From the NCBI RefSeq assembly GCF_006345805.1, contig NC_043024.1, positions 16,740,001 through 16,804,000 of the forward strand: DNA of 64,000 nucleotides, written 5' to 3'. Both the position numbers and the translations under genes were made by a program. How positions within the stretch are numbered: position 1 is the stretch's first letter; each line of letters opens with the position of its first letter. The DNA comes from Octopus sinensis (lineage: Eukaryota). Shown here piece after piece: positions 24,508 to 36,742 of the stretch. Below the pieces are notes generated by a model. That model was not told where the DNA came from and did not search any database. It was given only the letters and a program-made list of their open reading frames with translations.

Positions 24508-25117
24508 CATATCAATGTACGTACCTACCTATCTATCCATCCATCTATCAATCTCTCTCTATCTGTCTATCTACCTATCTGTCTGTCTGTCTGTTTACCT
24601 ACCTATCTATCTTTCTATCTTTCTATCTATCTTATTTTCTTTTTTTCTTTTCCTTTTTTTTCTTTTTTCTTTTTTTTTGTTCTTTTTTCCCTTTTACGAT
24701 CCCTTTTGATCGAAAACCTACGCCACCTTTTTTTTTTCTCCCCTAAAAGAAAAGCTCTACCTTGTAACTTGTCCCATCTGTGTGCAGCCCTGTGTGGCCA
24801 ATAAAGAAACTTATCTATCTATCTATCTATCTATCTGTATCTCTCCCTCCCTCCCATTCCCCCTCTCTCTATATCTACCTACCTGCCAACATACATACCC
24901 ACCACCCATCAATGTAAAGCTACCTTTCCTCCCTTTCTTTCGTTTCCCTCCTCCATCTCCCCCCCCACATCTTTCAGGTGATTTTTCCCACCTTCAGACA
25001 CTCTCTGACGTTACTAATTGCTACAAAGTAAAAGTCGAGAGTTCAAAGCTTTTAAGTTACTTGTTTACAGAGCTAAACTGAATCATCTATTTGTTTCTTT
25101 AAGTATAGGTGTGTGTG

Positions 25118-25152
<35 letters not shown>

Positions 25153-25237
25153 TCTGTGTGTATATATATATATATATATATATACGTATACATATGTGTG
25201 TGTATGTATATATATATATATATATATATATGTACGC

Positions 25238-25277
<40 letters not shown>

Positions 25278-25440
25278 ACACACACACACACACACACACA
25301 CAGAGCATGTAGATGAAAGTAAATAATCTCAGTTATAGACAATGCAGAGTTGTGGTCAGATGGATTGACCCTTAAACTCTAACCTCTTCATTCAGGACTG
25401 CCTCCTCTTCCACAAAAGTCACCTATAAGAACAATCCTTA

Positions 25441-25790
25441 ATGAGCTGTGAGGTGTGCAGGGTAGTGTTGCTTGAAGTCAATCATATTACCAATGTAGCT
25501 AGCCTGAAGAGAATGTGGAATTGTGACCATACAGTCTTACATAACACTGTTGTGCAAACAATTATTATTCAGTGGGGACAATTTTGGGGAACTCGACAAT
25601 TACAGGTTTCCCTATCACTAGTAGACTGGGGCTCCAGGCTAGGGTCTACATTGGAGGTACAATTGACTTCAAGGTGATGCTACTTTGCACACCTTTGCTC
25701 CTTCTCAAATAGGCTTCTAAATAATCTCTACCATCCACATACAGACCCAGAGCTCACCTTATACATTGTCCTGGTTTATAATTTGGGTAG
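25441..25790 (-). mobile_element. Penelope-like element GIY-YIG endonuclease remnant
   Basis: With one frameshift and one stop: TCNCRVPQNCP-LNNNCLHNSVM*DCMV..ASYIGNMIDFKQHYPAH, resembling the PLE pattern CNCR..CPL...C...VVY...YIG...FK.RY..H. Confidence 0.6.
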
Positions 25791-26920
25791 AACTTCCCTA
25801 CAATACAAATTGTTGTGTCTGTAAATTATGTTGCTGGGAGTCACCCATCAGAATATATTCCATCAGAACAAGCTCTCTTTACTTAATTGATTTTCTCACA
25901 TAATTTTTGCTTGTGGATAAAGATGCCTCTGGACTTTCGTTCATTAATTAAAACCATTATATTTCCTCATTTGTCTTAGCTAAAATTCTGTTTTATTTGC
26001 AGTATCTTCTTCTTTTACTACCCCTGTCACTCCCTTACATAATTTCACATACTCCTCTGTCCTTCACCTCTGTTTTTCTTAATCACTTTATCTTGTCTGT
26101 AAGCTACAAATTTGGCATGCCACTATTTTGAACTAATAACAATATTTCGAAAGTAAGTGTTATTAGTTCACGGTAATAGAGATTGCATTGAATTACCAGC
26201 TAGAGGAGACGTCCTCCTGGGGTTCAAATGGTAGTAATATTGATTCCTACAGAAGAGCCATGTTTAAGTGGCAATAACCATTACCTAACCATTTTTCTTT
26301 AGTCAGCAGTTAACTTTATCTTCTCTATGTCTGGCCTTCCTGACATAACATCTTCATCGCGTGTCTCCCCTTCACCCCTACTTTCATCTGTTTCCTCTGC
26401 TTCCTCCCACCCCATTCTGTTTTCTTTAAACCTTTATATTTTCAAACACTGCCATGAAATATGTATTTGCTACTTTACTCTTGAGAAGGGACCCCTAACT
26501 TACTTTAGCAATTTCATTGGGATTTCTCTCTAGATACACACCTATGATGTCTTGCAATATTACATATGAATACAGTTATTATGTATGTTATGGTTGTCTT
26601 GAAACAGCTGTTAAGACTTTACATAGTTCTTCTGTTCTGTTTTGCTTTTGTCTTTCTTTATCATGTGATCTATATTTTATGCTCCATGTAAATATATGTC
26701 TGAAGCCTACCTGTGTTTTTCTACCATCTGCCTTACTACCTCCCTCCCTCTCTCCCCCTCTCTCTCTGTGAAGGCATGGCTGTGAGATTGAGAAGCTTGC
26801 TTTCCAACTATCTGACTAAAACCTTGTGAGTGGACTTGATAGACAAAAACTGAAAGAAGCCTGTTGTGTATATGTATATATATACATGTGTATTTGTATA
26901 TGTATGTGTGTGTGTATATA

Positions 26921-27144
26921 TATAACAGCCCTCCATCGTCACTGACGAAGGGAGGGCTGTTATAAGCTAACCCCGAAATCGGTCCGATATGGTAATAATG
27001 GAATGTTTTAGAAATTTCTGTCCACCCTTTTTCGAGTAGTGTGCATATTGTGAAAAAATTATATGGTTAATGGACAATATGTCCAATTTTTCGGCATATT
27101 TGGCATTAGAAATTTTTTTCGTTTGCCCTTATTTATGAATTGTT

Positions 27145-27145
<1 letters not shown>
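26921..27145 (+). mobile_element. Penelope-LTR-like fragment with a hammerhead core and 5' snap-back
   Basis: CTGACGA..CCCCGAAATCGGTCCGATA; perfect 14-bp inverted repeat TATAACAGCCCTCC / GGAGGGCTGTTATA; bounded by (TA)n. Confidence 0.6.
26933..27001 (+). ncRNA. Type I hammerhead-like motif
   Basis: CUGACGA (26942-26948), GAAA (26975-26978), stem III AUCG-GUC-CGAU, AUA triplet; stem I uncertain. Confidence 0.5.
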
Positions 27146-27177
<32 letters not shown>

Positions 27178-27654
27178 ACGTGGACCTTACAAAAGAGATG
27201 ACAGACGACTGAGATATGTGGTTGTTTGTTGTACTTGAGAAGACCCACCCACTACAACAGAATTGAGTTCCAAAACACAAAAGCATTGGTGTGGGTGCTG
27301 GTGCCACGTAAAAGGCACTGGTGATAATGCATCCAGCAAGCTTAGTATTCCCCAGTCACTGATTAAAACCATGCCAACAACTTTGTAAATCGTTATGGTT
27401 GGAATCAATATAAGGGAGATAACCTCATCCTACCTGAAACCCTACATACAGGGTCATTCCAGATGTATATTTTTTTGTTTACAAAAGTAGCTGACCATGA
27501 TGTTTTCCTATCTCAAGTTGTAGAGAGGTTATGTGCCTCCAGCCATTTGAGTTTGATAAGTCACTTATACTGCTAAGTTCTTTATAGGTACAAAACCAAT
27601 GGTCACTCTCTGACTGGCCATAACAAACAACTTTCTAAATTGCATAAGCCTTCC

Positions 27655-27980
27655 CAACCATGTGGTTCCAGGTTCAGTCCCATTGCACGGTACCTTGGGC
27701 AAGTGTCTTCTACTATAGGCTTGAGCTAACCAAAGCTGTATGAGTGGAGTTGGTAGATGGAAATTGAAAGAAATCTGTTATATATGTATTATATATATAT
27801 GTGTGTGTTTCTCTCTTGTCATCGCTTGACAACCAATGCTGGTGTGTTTATGAGATCTTACAAGAGATTGATTGAATAAGTACTAGGCTTACAAAGAATA
27901 AGTCCTGGGGTTGATTTCTTTGACTAAAACCCTTTAGTGCCCTGGCATGGCCACAGTTTAATGACTGAAAGAAATAAAAA
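27655..27980 (+). mobile_element. SINE family A
   Basis: Family A head, central microsatellite and 3' half. Confidence 0.8.
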
Positions 27981-28355
27981 TAATAGCCTTCAATTATATT
28001 TTGACTGCTAGTGTTTTAGTGAGAGAGCCATCTTTAGTTTTGTGAGTTACATGGCAACCACACAAGTGTCGAGTAAAACCTACCCAACACACTTTGTAAA
28101 ATGTTTAGCAAATACTGGGAGTGGAAGTTCAAAAACACTTTTGTTTTACTGAAGGCAAGATAACCTCCACAGAGAAGGGGCAATAAAAAGTGCACTTATT
28201 ATAGGTGCAGTCATTACTGTGTGACACGAAGTTTACTTTCTAACCACATGGTTCTGAGTTCAGTCTTAATGTGTGGCACTTTGGGGAAGTGTCTTCTACC
28301 AAAGCCTTGTGAATGGATTTGGTAGACAGTAAAAGAAAGAAGCCCATTGTGTATA

Positions 28356-29161
28356 TACATGGTCTGATTAACAAGTATCTGGATTGTTACCATGGTAATG
28401 AAGCTAAAGGATGCCGAATGAAGTTGCTTGGCACAGATTGATTTTGAACTGAGCTGTTCATGCATATTAAGTTTTAACATTCTAATCCACTTTTGCTGTT
28501 TACAGCAGTGCTTGGAAGGAAGGTGTGTAGCATGTGATCATCACATTGACCATGACAGAGAAAGCTGAGCGGAGAATCTGCATCAAATTTTACCAAAAAC
28601 TTTGCTACACCAGCTCAGAGGCCTAAACAAAGTTTTCAAAAAGTTTTCATCGTTCTCGACACAATGAAGGAGATCTTGTGCAACTGAAACCGAATGTCTT
28701 TTTGGTCAGCTGAAAGCACTTTTGACACAAAATTGGCAGACATGTGTCTCATACCCAAATCTTCAGTGATGATGGACTGAACTGAACCGTAACTAATCTG
28801 CACATCCTCTGATAACTCATGGATGGTGATTCAATGATTTCCCCTCACAGCTCCATGCACATCTGCGATGTTTTTCTCAGTTCTGCTGGTTGCAGGTCTC
28901 TGAGAACATTTGTCAATATTGACATTTTTTGCAGCCATCTTGGAAACGTCTGAACCACGCATACACTTGTGTGCAGCTCACACACCCCTCTCTATACACT
29001 TTCTGCAACTTAGTGTAGGCCTCTGAGCTGGTATCACTATGACAACTTTGGTCAATGTGGTATCGCTATGACAACTATGGTCAATGTGGTGATCACACGC
29101 TACACGCCTTCCTTCCTAGCAATGCTGTAAACAGCGGAAGTGAGCTAGAATATTAAAACTT
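28356..29161. mobile_element. Mariner derivative with two facing 5' ends
   Basis: Plus strand: TIR-like start and MTEKAERRICIKF; minus strand: SEAYTKLQKVY..VYAWFRRFQDG..ITIHELSEDVQISYGSVQSIITEDLGMRHMSANFVSKVLSADQK. Confidence 0.8.
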
Positions 29162-29180
29162 TTGTAAATATATATATATA

Positions 29181-29450
29181 TTGCCGCCCGTTGACGAGGG
29201 ACAAACATCCCGAAACTAGTTCGAGCGTATCACTCTGGCTTGCGAGGAAGGGATGGCCTCCCTTTGCAAATACTCCAAAGACACAGATATTGTGTTTAGA
29301 GCCAGCTAGAGACGAAGATCTCTTGGGGCTATAAAGCTACAGTAACAACCCCCTCCCCAATGTGGTTAGCCATGATAAGATGGCTTCTATACTTTACATT
29401 ATCGAGCGATTACTGTTTCAATCTCATTCTGAGATTTAATTATGCCTATA
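29181..29450 (+). mobile_element. Penelope-LTR-like fragment
   Basis: Begins with a hammerhead motif and is bounded by (TA)n on both sides; class is inferred from the ribozyme. Confidence 0.5.
29185..29227 (+). ncRNA. Type I minimal hammerhead (C3U variant)
   Basis: CGCCCG-UUGACGA-GGGA-CAAACA-UCCC-GAAA-CUAG-UU|CGAGCG; perfect stem II, palindromic ACUAGU stem III, 5 of 6 pairs in stem I. Confidence 0.7.
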
Positions 29451-29830
29451 TATATATATATATATATATCATTATTATTGTCTAATGTCTGCCTTCCATG
29501 CTAGCATGGCTGGGACATATATATATATATACACACACACACATATATATTCCTTTACTTGTTTCAGTCATTTGACTGTGGCCATGCTGGGGCACAACCT
29601 TGAAGAATTTTAGTTGAATGAGTTGACCCCTGTACTTTCAGTTCTTTTTTGTAGCCTGGTACTTATTCTATTGGTCTAGTTTGCTGAACTGCTATAGCTG
29701 AAGACACTTGCCCAAGGTGCCACGTAGTGGGACAGAACCCGGAACCACTAACTTGGTGCTTCAACTTAAATACTTAATTCAACTGAATCTCAGTTATATA
29801 TATGTGTGTGTATATATATATATATGTATA

Positions 29831-30025
29831 CAGGGTGGCACAAAAGTAGGTATCATATAGGCACTTTAAATTTCTTTTAAAACATTTTATTACATTTAAA
29901 TATCATTCACTAAATTAGCACAGAATAAGGGTTTCATATATTTTTATAATTAAGATCTTAACTATTAATATATGAATGCAAATGAGATAGTTGAATTACT
30001 GTAAACCTACTTTTGGGCCACCCTG
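29831..30025. mobile_element. Tc1/mariner-type MITE
   Basis: 21-bp TIR CAGGGTGGC(A/C)CAAAAGTAGGT with 1 mismatch; TA on both flanks. Confidence 0.9.
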
Positions 30026-30124
30026 TATTTATATATCCTGTAAATTTATATATGCATATGGAAATATAATATGCATGTATATATGTGTTTGTATGTTGGC
30101 CACTTTCTTGTCTGTGTTTATATT

Positions 30125-30167
<43 letters not shown>

Positions 30168-30243
30168 GCCTTCTGGCTTCACAGACCCCAGTTGAACCGT
30201 CCAACCCATGCTAGCATGGAAAGCGGACGCTAAATGATGATGA

Positions 30244-30289
<46 letters not shown>

Positions 30290-30309
30290 TTTTAGCTTCT
30301 ACCTTTTAA

Positions 30310-30610
30310 CTTTTACTTGTTTCAGTCATTAGACTGCGGCCATACAGGGGCAGCACCTTGAAGAACCTCTAAGTTAGAGGGATGTAAACACACCAACACC
30401 ATTTGTCGCAGATACAAAGACACACACATACACACAGACATGCACGCACATACACGATGGGCTTCTTTCAGTTTCCATTCACCAAATCCATTCAGAAGGC
30501 TTTGGTCAGCCCAATGCTATAGTAGATGCTTGCCCACGGTACCATGCAGTGAGACTGAACTCGGAACCATTTGCTTGTGAGGCAAGCTTCTTATCACACA
30601 ACCATGCCCA
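30310..30610 (-). mobile_element. SINE family A with internal deletion
   Basis: Reverse-complement tail and head of family A. Confidence 0.7.
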
Positions 30611-31103
30611 ATGCATAGATGAAGACTCGCATTTATAGACAATGGAAAATCAGTTACTCAATAACTCCCGTATATTTTATTTGTGTTAAATGGATCTTGA
30701 GTTATAACCTTGAGTTTCATGTTTCTGATTATTGGGTTTGCCAGTTATTGAATTATACAGGAAAAAATAACAAAGGAAAAAGAGAACGACGTTCATAAAA
30801 TACTCTGAGCTTGCATTTGTAAGGCTTAGAGAACAGCTAAGTCGGTCAGTATTCTTGTGTGTGCAGCGTACACAACGTATTGAAATGGCAGCATTGAGAA
30901 ACTGTTATGAAATAATGATGATATATATATATATAGTGTGTGTGTGGTGTGTGTGTGTGTGTGTATGTATATATGTATGTATGCGTGTATGTATGTATGT
31001 ATGTATGTATGTATGTATATGTATTATGTATGTATGTATATATATGTGTGTGTGTATGTATGTATGTATGTATGCATGTATGTGTTTTTGAATGTGTGCG
31101 TGC

Positions 31104-31142
<39 letters not shown>

Positions 31143-32619
31143 TATTCTTTTATATATTTTAGAAGAAATCAACCCCAGGACTTATTCTTTGTAAGCCTAG
31201 TACTTATTCTATCGGTCTCTTTTGCTGAACTGCTAAGTTATGGGGACGTAAACACACCAAAACCAGTATTATATATTTATATATATATATATGTGTGTGT
31301 GTTTGCGTGTTTGTATGAATGTGTGTAGTAATATATGTATGCATTTATATGTATATAGCCATGTATGTATGTGTGTGTCTGTATGTATTTTGTATATATA
31401 TATATGTCTGTGTTTGCCTAATCAATTGGTTGTGTTTGTTGTGCGTGTTTATGGAAGTGAGTTGACCAAGCCTTCCACATGGTCAGCAACGTTAAAGATT
31501 AAGTGACAGGGCAGCTGTCCTGTATTTTTACAACTGACCAAATCAATATATTGATGATCGTGATGTCCTGGTTTTAATGACAGTGAGCTGTGATATGAGG
31601 GAGATTTAGCTGCTATTTCTTGCTGAAACATCAACTGTGAAGAGCCTTTCTGTATATTTTTAGTAAACTTTATTTAAAACAAAAAGAAACAAACTGTTTG
31701 GTCATGAAGGGATTGCATTTTGTTCATAAGCAGTCTCAATTGAGGCTGGCCTTGGGTTAAATAGCAATGGTCACCAAAGCAACTGGATTAGTTTCAACAA
31801 TGAACTTTGAGCTGTTTGACCATTTGAATTCCTTTTCATGAAATTTATGTACGAGTGGCTGAGTATACTTCAGAAACATGTACATCATCATCAGCAGCAC
31901 CATCATCTTCATCATCATCATCATTGTCGTCATCATCGTCATCATTTTAACATCCACTTTTTCATGCTTGCATGGGTTGGAGAAAACTCTGGGAGGCAGA
32001 TTTTCTCTGGTCAGATTCTCTCCCTGTTTCTAACCCTTACCCATTTCCAATTAAGGTAATATTTCCTTTGAATATGAGCAATTCAGTGGCCAGACATGTT
32101 TTTGCAGAAGGCACCATTGCCCCCCCCCCCCTTACTACTCAATGGTGCATCCTCAGATTTAAAAAATACAGTTTACAAAAATCTTCTCACTCCTTGACTT
32201 AGAAATGTATCAACACATTGGACCATAAAGATCTGTTGCTTATGGCTGCAGCTATAGCTCAAACCAGTGGACACTGAGGTCAACCTAATGGGCAGCTGAG
32301 GGGGTTCAGCTGTTTACTTTGCAATGATGAAGTCCTGGTCTGATTGCACTTCCATGGTACCTTGGAATCATTACTATAGCTCTGGGTCAATGCAAGCTTT
32401 GTGAATGAATCTGGGCACAAACTCAGAAACAGGGAGTGAAAAGAGTGCAAGGGCACCCCATAAACTTTTGTGAGGACATTAAAAGCACTTTGAGCATCCC
32501 CCTGAAAAACTTCATCGCCAAAACAAATGAGCATAGAAACATTTTTGGACTGATTTGAAGCATTACTTTCCCATTATTGGATTTACCTTATTTGATCAAA
32601 GTACAAATCAATATTATAC

Positions 32620-32845
32620 CTGTGGTTACGGCAGCAAACTGGCAGAACTGTTAGCACGCTGGGCAAAATGCTTAGTGGTATTTCAGCTGTCACTATGTTC
32701 GCAGTTCAAATTCTGCCGAGGGCAACTTTTCCTTTCATCCTTTTAGGGTCGATAAATTAAGTGCAAGTGAAACATTAGGGTCGATCTAATCGACCATACC
32801 CCTACCCCAAATTCCTGGCCTTGTGCCTGTATTAGAAAGGATTAT
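32620..32845 (+). mobile_element. SINE-like family B copy
   Basis: GGCAGCAAACTGGCAGAA..GTTCAAATTCTGCCGAGG..GGGTCGAT..AGAAAGGATTAT. Confidence 0.75.
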
Positions 32846-34097
32846 AGCTGTATTTGTTTTGATGTTAAGATCAACTTCATAAAAATGTTCTGGGCCTCAG
32901 TTTGCACTACTGGGCAAATTTCATTCTCATACTTATGAATCTGGATAAACAGAAGTTATTTTGTAGTGCAAACTGCACCAGTCATGAAAGGTGCAAATTT
33001 GTTATGTCCTGAGCCAGGCAGGGAATTATCTTAAAGGTACAACTGTCCAAAGAATACTCAACCACTAATGTTTAATTTAATAAGTTAGCTGATTGAATAA
33101 CTGAATGTTTATCAGTGAAACTTTCCATTAATATTTATAAACCATGAAATTGTTGAATCTCTGAAATAAGGTGCAAATAAAGTAATTAATGTTTATTGAT
33201 GTTCCCAGTTAACCAATCTTTGAAGGGAATGCTAAAATGCACCCAACCCACTCTGTAAGGCAAATGCAACACCAAAGGTGGTTGTTTTTTGTGTGTTGGG
33301 TGCATGAAAATGGAGACAATCTGACCAACCCAGCAAACTACTTATTCAAGGCTGACCCAGGATTAAACAACGTTAACTCTATATATGAGAAAGGGGGAGG
33401 AAGGGAGAGGGCAGGGTAGGGTGAGTTGAATCATAAATGTGAGAAAGACAAAAAGGAAGTGGCAAAAAGACAATGAAAATCAGGTCAAGAAGATTTGATT
33501 AGTAGAATGGAGATAAAGCAGTGGTGAGGATTTAGGAGCAGCATTTCCTGCTAATTTTTCTGTTGTCAGTCTGTAGAGCTATCTTAGGTTGAGTAAAATA
33601 TGGTTCCTGTCACACACTGAATTTTTAAATCTCTTACGTGTCTGTCATTAGACTGTGGCCATGCTGGGGCACTGCTTTGAACAATTTTACTTCAACCTAT
33701 TGATCCCAGTACTTTGAATGAAATCATTATTAATTACTGCATTACTTCTGACACTTAACCTTTTGTACCAGATGAACTTCTTGTGTATGTGTTGGCTCAT
33801 GTTTGCACAGCTTAGAAAGAACAATTATCTAGGAAGAGTGCATCCAGGTGAGTATGCAGATGTGAGAGGAAGGAGTGGTGGTGAGGGGGCAGTTGTGGGG
33901 TTAAGTTCATTTTGCAACCATGTATGTTTTACAGTGACTTCTGGCAGTTTTCCACCAAAGCGTCTGGTTGACCAATACCTTGGGAATGGAATTTGATAGA
34001 CAGGCAGTGTCTTTGTTTGCTTGTGACTACATAAATACCTAAAATAACTAGTGAAAGTCTGGTACATGTTACCAGATCATTCTTGCTTGCAAATGAT

Positions 34098-34702
34098 GGC
34101 TTTAGTTATAGGCATCTATATACTATGGTTATAGCTGTAGTTATAGGCATCATGTGAAGGCGCATGGCTCAGTGGTTAGAGCGTCGAGCTTACGATCGTG
34201 AGGTTGTGAGCTCGAATCCCGGACCGGGCTGCGTGTTGTGTTCTTGAGCAAGGCACTTTATTTCACGTTGCTCCAGTTCACTCAGCTGTAGAAATGAGTT
34301 GCGATGTCACAGGTGCCAAGCTGTATCGACCTTTGTCTTTCCCTTGGATAACACTGGTGGCGTGGAGAGGGGAGGCTGGTATGCATGGGCGACTGCTGGT
34401 CTTCCATAAACAACCTTGCCCGGACTTGTGTCTAGGAGGGTAACTTTCTAGGTGCATTCCCATGGTCATTCATGACCGAAGGGGGTCTTTACCCTTTTAT
34501 AGGCATCAATACAATATAATTATGGCTATAGTTATAGGCATCAGTACACTTTGGTTATGACTATAGTTATAGGCATCAATGCACTATAGTTATAGGCATC
34601 TATGTAATATGGTTATGGCTATAGTTATAGGCACCTATACAATATAATTATGGCTATAGTTATAGGCATCAATACACTATAGTTATGGCTATAGTTATAG
34701 GT
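34098..34702. repeat. About 35-bp minisatellite interrupted by a SINE
   Basis: Unit GGCTATAGTTATAGGCATCAATACAATATAATTAT with variants, about 7-8 copies. Confidence 0.9.
34153..34496 (+). mobile_element. Young SINE family D with 12-bp TSD
   Basis: TTATAGGCATCA at 34141-34152 and 34497-34508; A and B boxes; 3' hairpin GGTCAT-TC-ATGACC. Confidence 0.92.
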
Positions 34703-35786
34703 GTCTCTGTACTATGTGTGTGTGTATCCATATATTTTTGTTTGATTGGTTGGGAGATATGGACTTTGTCCATGGTCTTCATAGTTCTTTCTAGTCTGGT
34801 GAGATTGATGCAATTAATATTCTTAATAAATATTTGTAAGTCACCACCTGAAGGAAAGATGTGAAGTGGGGGTTGGCTAGAATTTAAAGGGCTGATGTTC
34901 TGGGGAGAAAGACTGGGCATACTCTGTGTGTGGTTATATGTGTCCATTGTTGATATATCTATTAGCGATGGATTAAGAATTGGTGAGTAAATGGAAAGAC
35001 TGGTGATATTTGAGCAAAGCCCCTTCTGATATTTGTTTAACAGTGAGTTACAGACACTCCCTTGTCATTGTTACGATCAGAAGTAGTGAATGAATGATTA
35101 ATCCATTTGGAAACCTGTAACTGACAATACTATTGTTGTTAACCCATTGTGATATCAAAAAAATATTTTTATATACGAGAAGTGTAGCTGGATCAGCCAT
35201 AGTAACCAAGGTAACAGGCTGGTCAAGTATTTATTTGTTTTTATAATTGTAAAGACTGATCTGTTTGGGGGAAGAATAAAGGGATTAATGTCAGTTCTTG
35301 TTACTTGAGACCCTGACCAGCTCTGACCCAGTAGACCTATGATCAAACTCATTACAGCTATGAACCTGATCCCAATTCTTTATTTCAGATCTAGTATGTT
35401 AAATCTGTTATCCATTATGTCTTTTTACGATGGTAGGGTGATGTGAGGGGGATTTTCCTGTTATTTCTCACAGGCTGAGAGGTTTCATTGACTTCCACTT
35501 GAGTGATCAATACCATGAGTGAAAAGATGTGAACTTATTGTTACTTTGTAACCCCAGGTCAGTCCTGATTTAGCTGGTCTATTATCAAAGACATTCCAGC
35601 TGTCTATCCCATTTATCTTTTAGACACTGTATATCGAGGACAGCATAATGTATCATGTTCTTTCTGAAGTCACTGAGGCATGATTTGAGGGAGATTTTTC
35701 TGCAGTTTCTAGTATTCAGTGATGACAGAGAAAGAGAGAGAGAGAGAGAGGAGAGAGAGAGATTTGTAGAAAAAGAAAGATAATAG

Positions 35787-36106
35787 AGAGAGAGACAGAC
35801 AGACAAACGGAGAAACAGTAATAACAGAGTGAGTGAGAGAGAAAGGTAGAGAGAAACTAAGAGAGGAAGTACATCAAGATAGAGTGACAGAAAGAAAGTG
35901 AGAGATATAGAGGAGATGAAGTTAGATAAAGAGAGAGAGAGAGAGAGAGAGAGAGAAGGAGGGAAAAAGCAAGAGACATTACTCAGGAAGAAAAAGAGGT
36001 GGTGAGAGACAGAGACAGAAAGAGAGGGGAGGTGTGAAATTATATAGCTAGATATATACTGAGAGTATGAGAGAGTGAGAGAAAAAGAGAGAGAGAAAAT
36101 TAAAGA
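35787..36106 (+). repeat. Inverted duplication, arm 1
   Basis: GA-rich but non-periodic sequence matching the reverse complement of 38382-38688. Confidence 0.9.
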
Positions 36107-36640
36107 TGAAAGTAGTGATTGTATTTACACAGCTTCCATTGCTGTCATAGTCTCACCATCGTCCAACACCACTACTTGTAGTCGAACACATTCATTTTAT
36201 TAACCCAGAAACAATGAAAGGTTAAGTCAGACTGGGTAGGATTTGAACTCATTGTAAACTAGCATCAAAATACTTAGTCCAAAACTTAACCACTTCACTA
36301 TCTAGGGTCTACATTTTGTTGTTTTACTTTTATTTATTTTCTCCCACCCCTCCCACCACCTTCATCACCACCAACCTCTTCTTTGTTTCTCCTATTTGTT
36401 TTTGATTTCTTTTAATCAACATTGTCATTCTTGTGATCAATATTGTAATCATCATCATCACCACTATTATTGTCATCTACATCATCATTACCAGCATCAC
36501 CATCATTGTTATCATCATAACCACCACCACCACTGCAGCCGCTGCCACCACCAACACCATCACCACCACAACTCCCACCACCACCACCACCACCATTAGC
36601 ACCTGCCTGCAGTGTTTTTCACACTATAGTAACCAAGTAT

Positions 36641-36742
36641 AGTAACCAAGGCAGAAGATGAGAAATTGTTCTTTGTGATAGTGAGACATAGGGATGTCTC
36701 ACTATCACAAAGAACAGTTTCTCATCTTCTGCCTTGGTTACT
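36641..36742. repeat. Hairpin with 49-bp arms, 1 mismatch, 4-nt loop
   Basis: 36641-36689 versus 36694-36742, loop AGGG. Confidence 0.95.

Noticed and set aside
34153-34230. Functional tRNA genes (here and at 9130-9204, 3650-3720)
   Set aside because: tRNA-like heads run straight into SINE bodies, with TSDs where resolved
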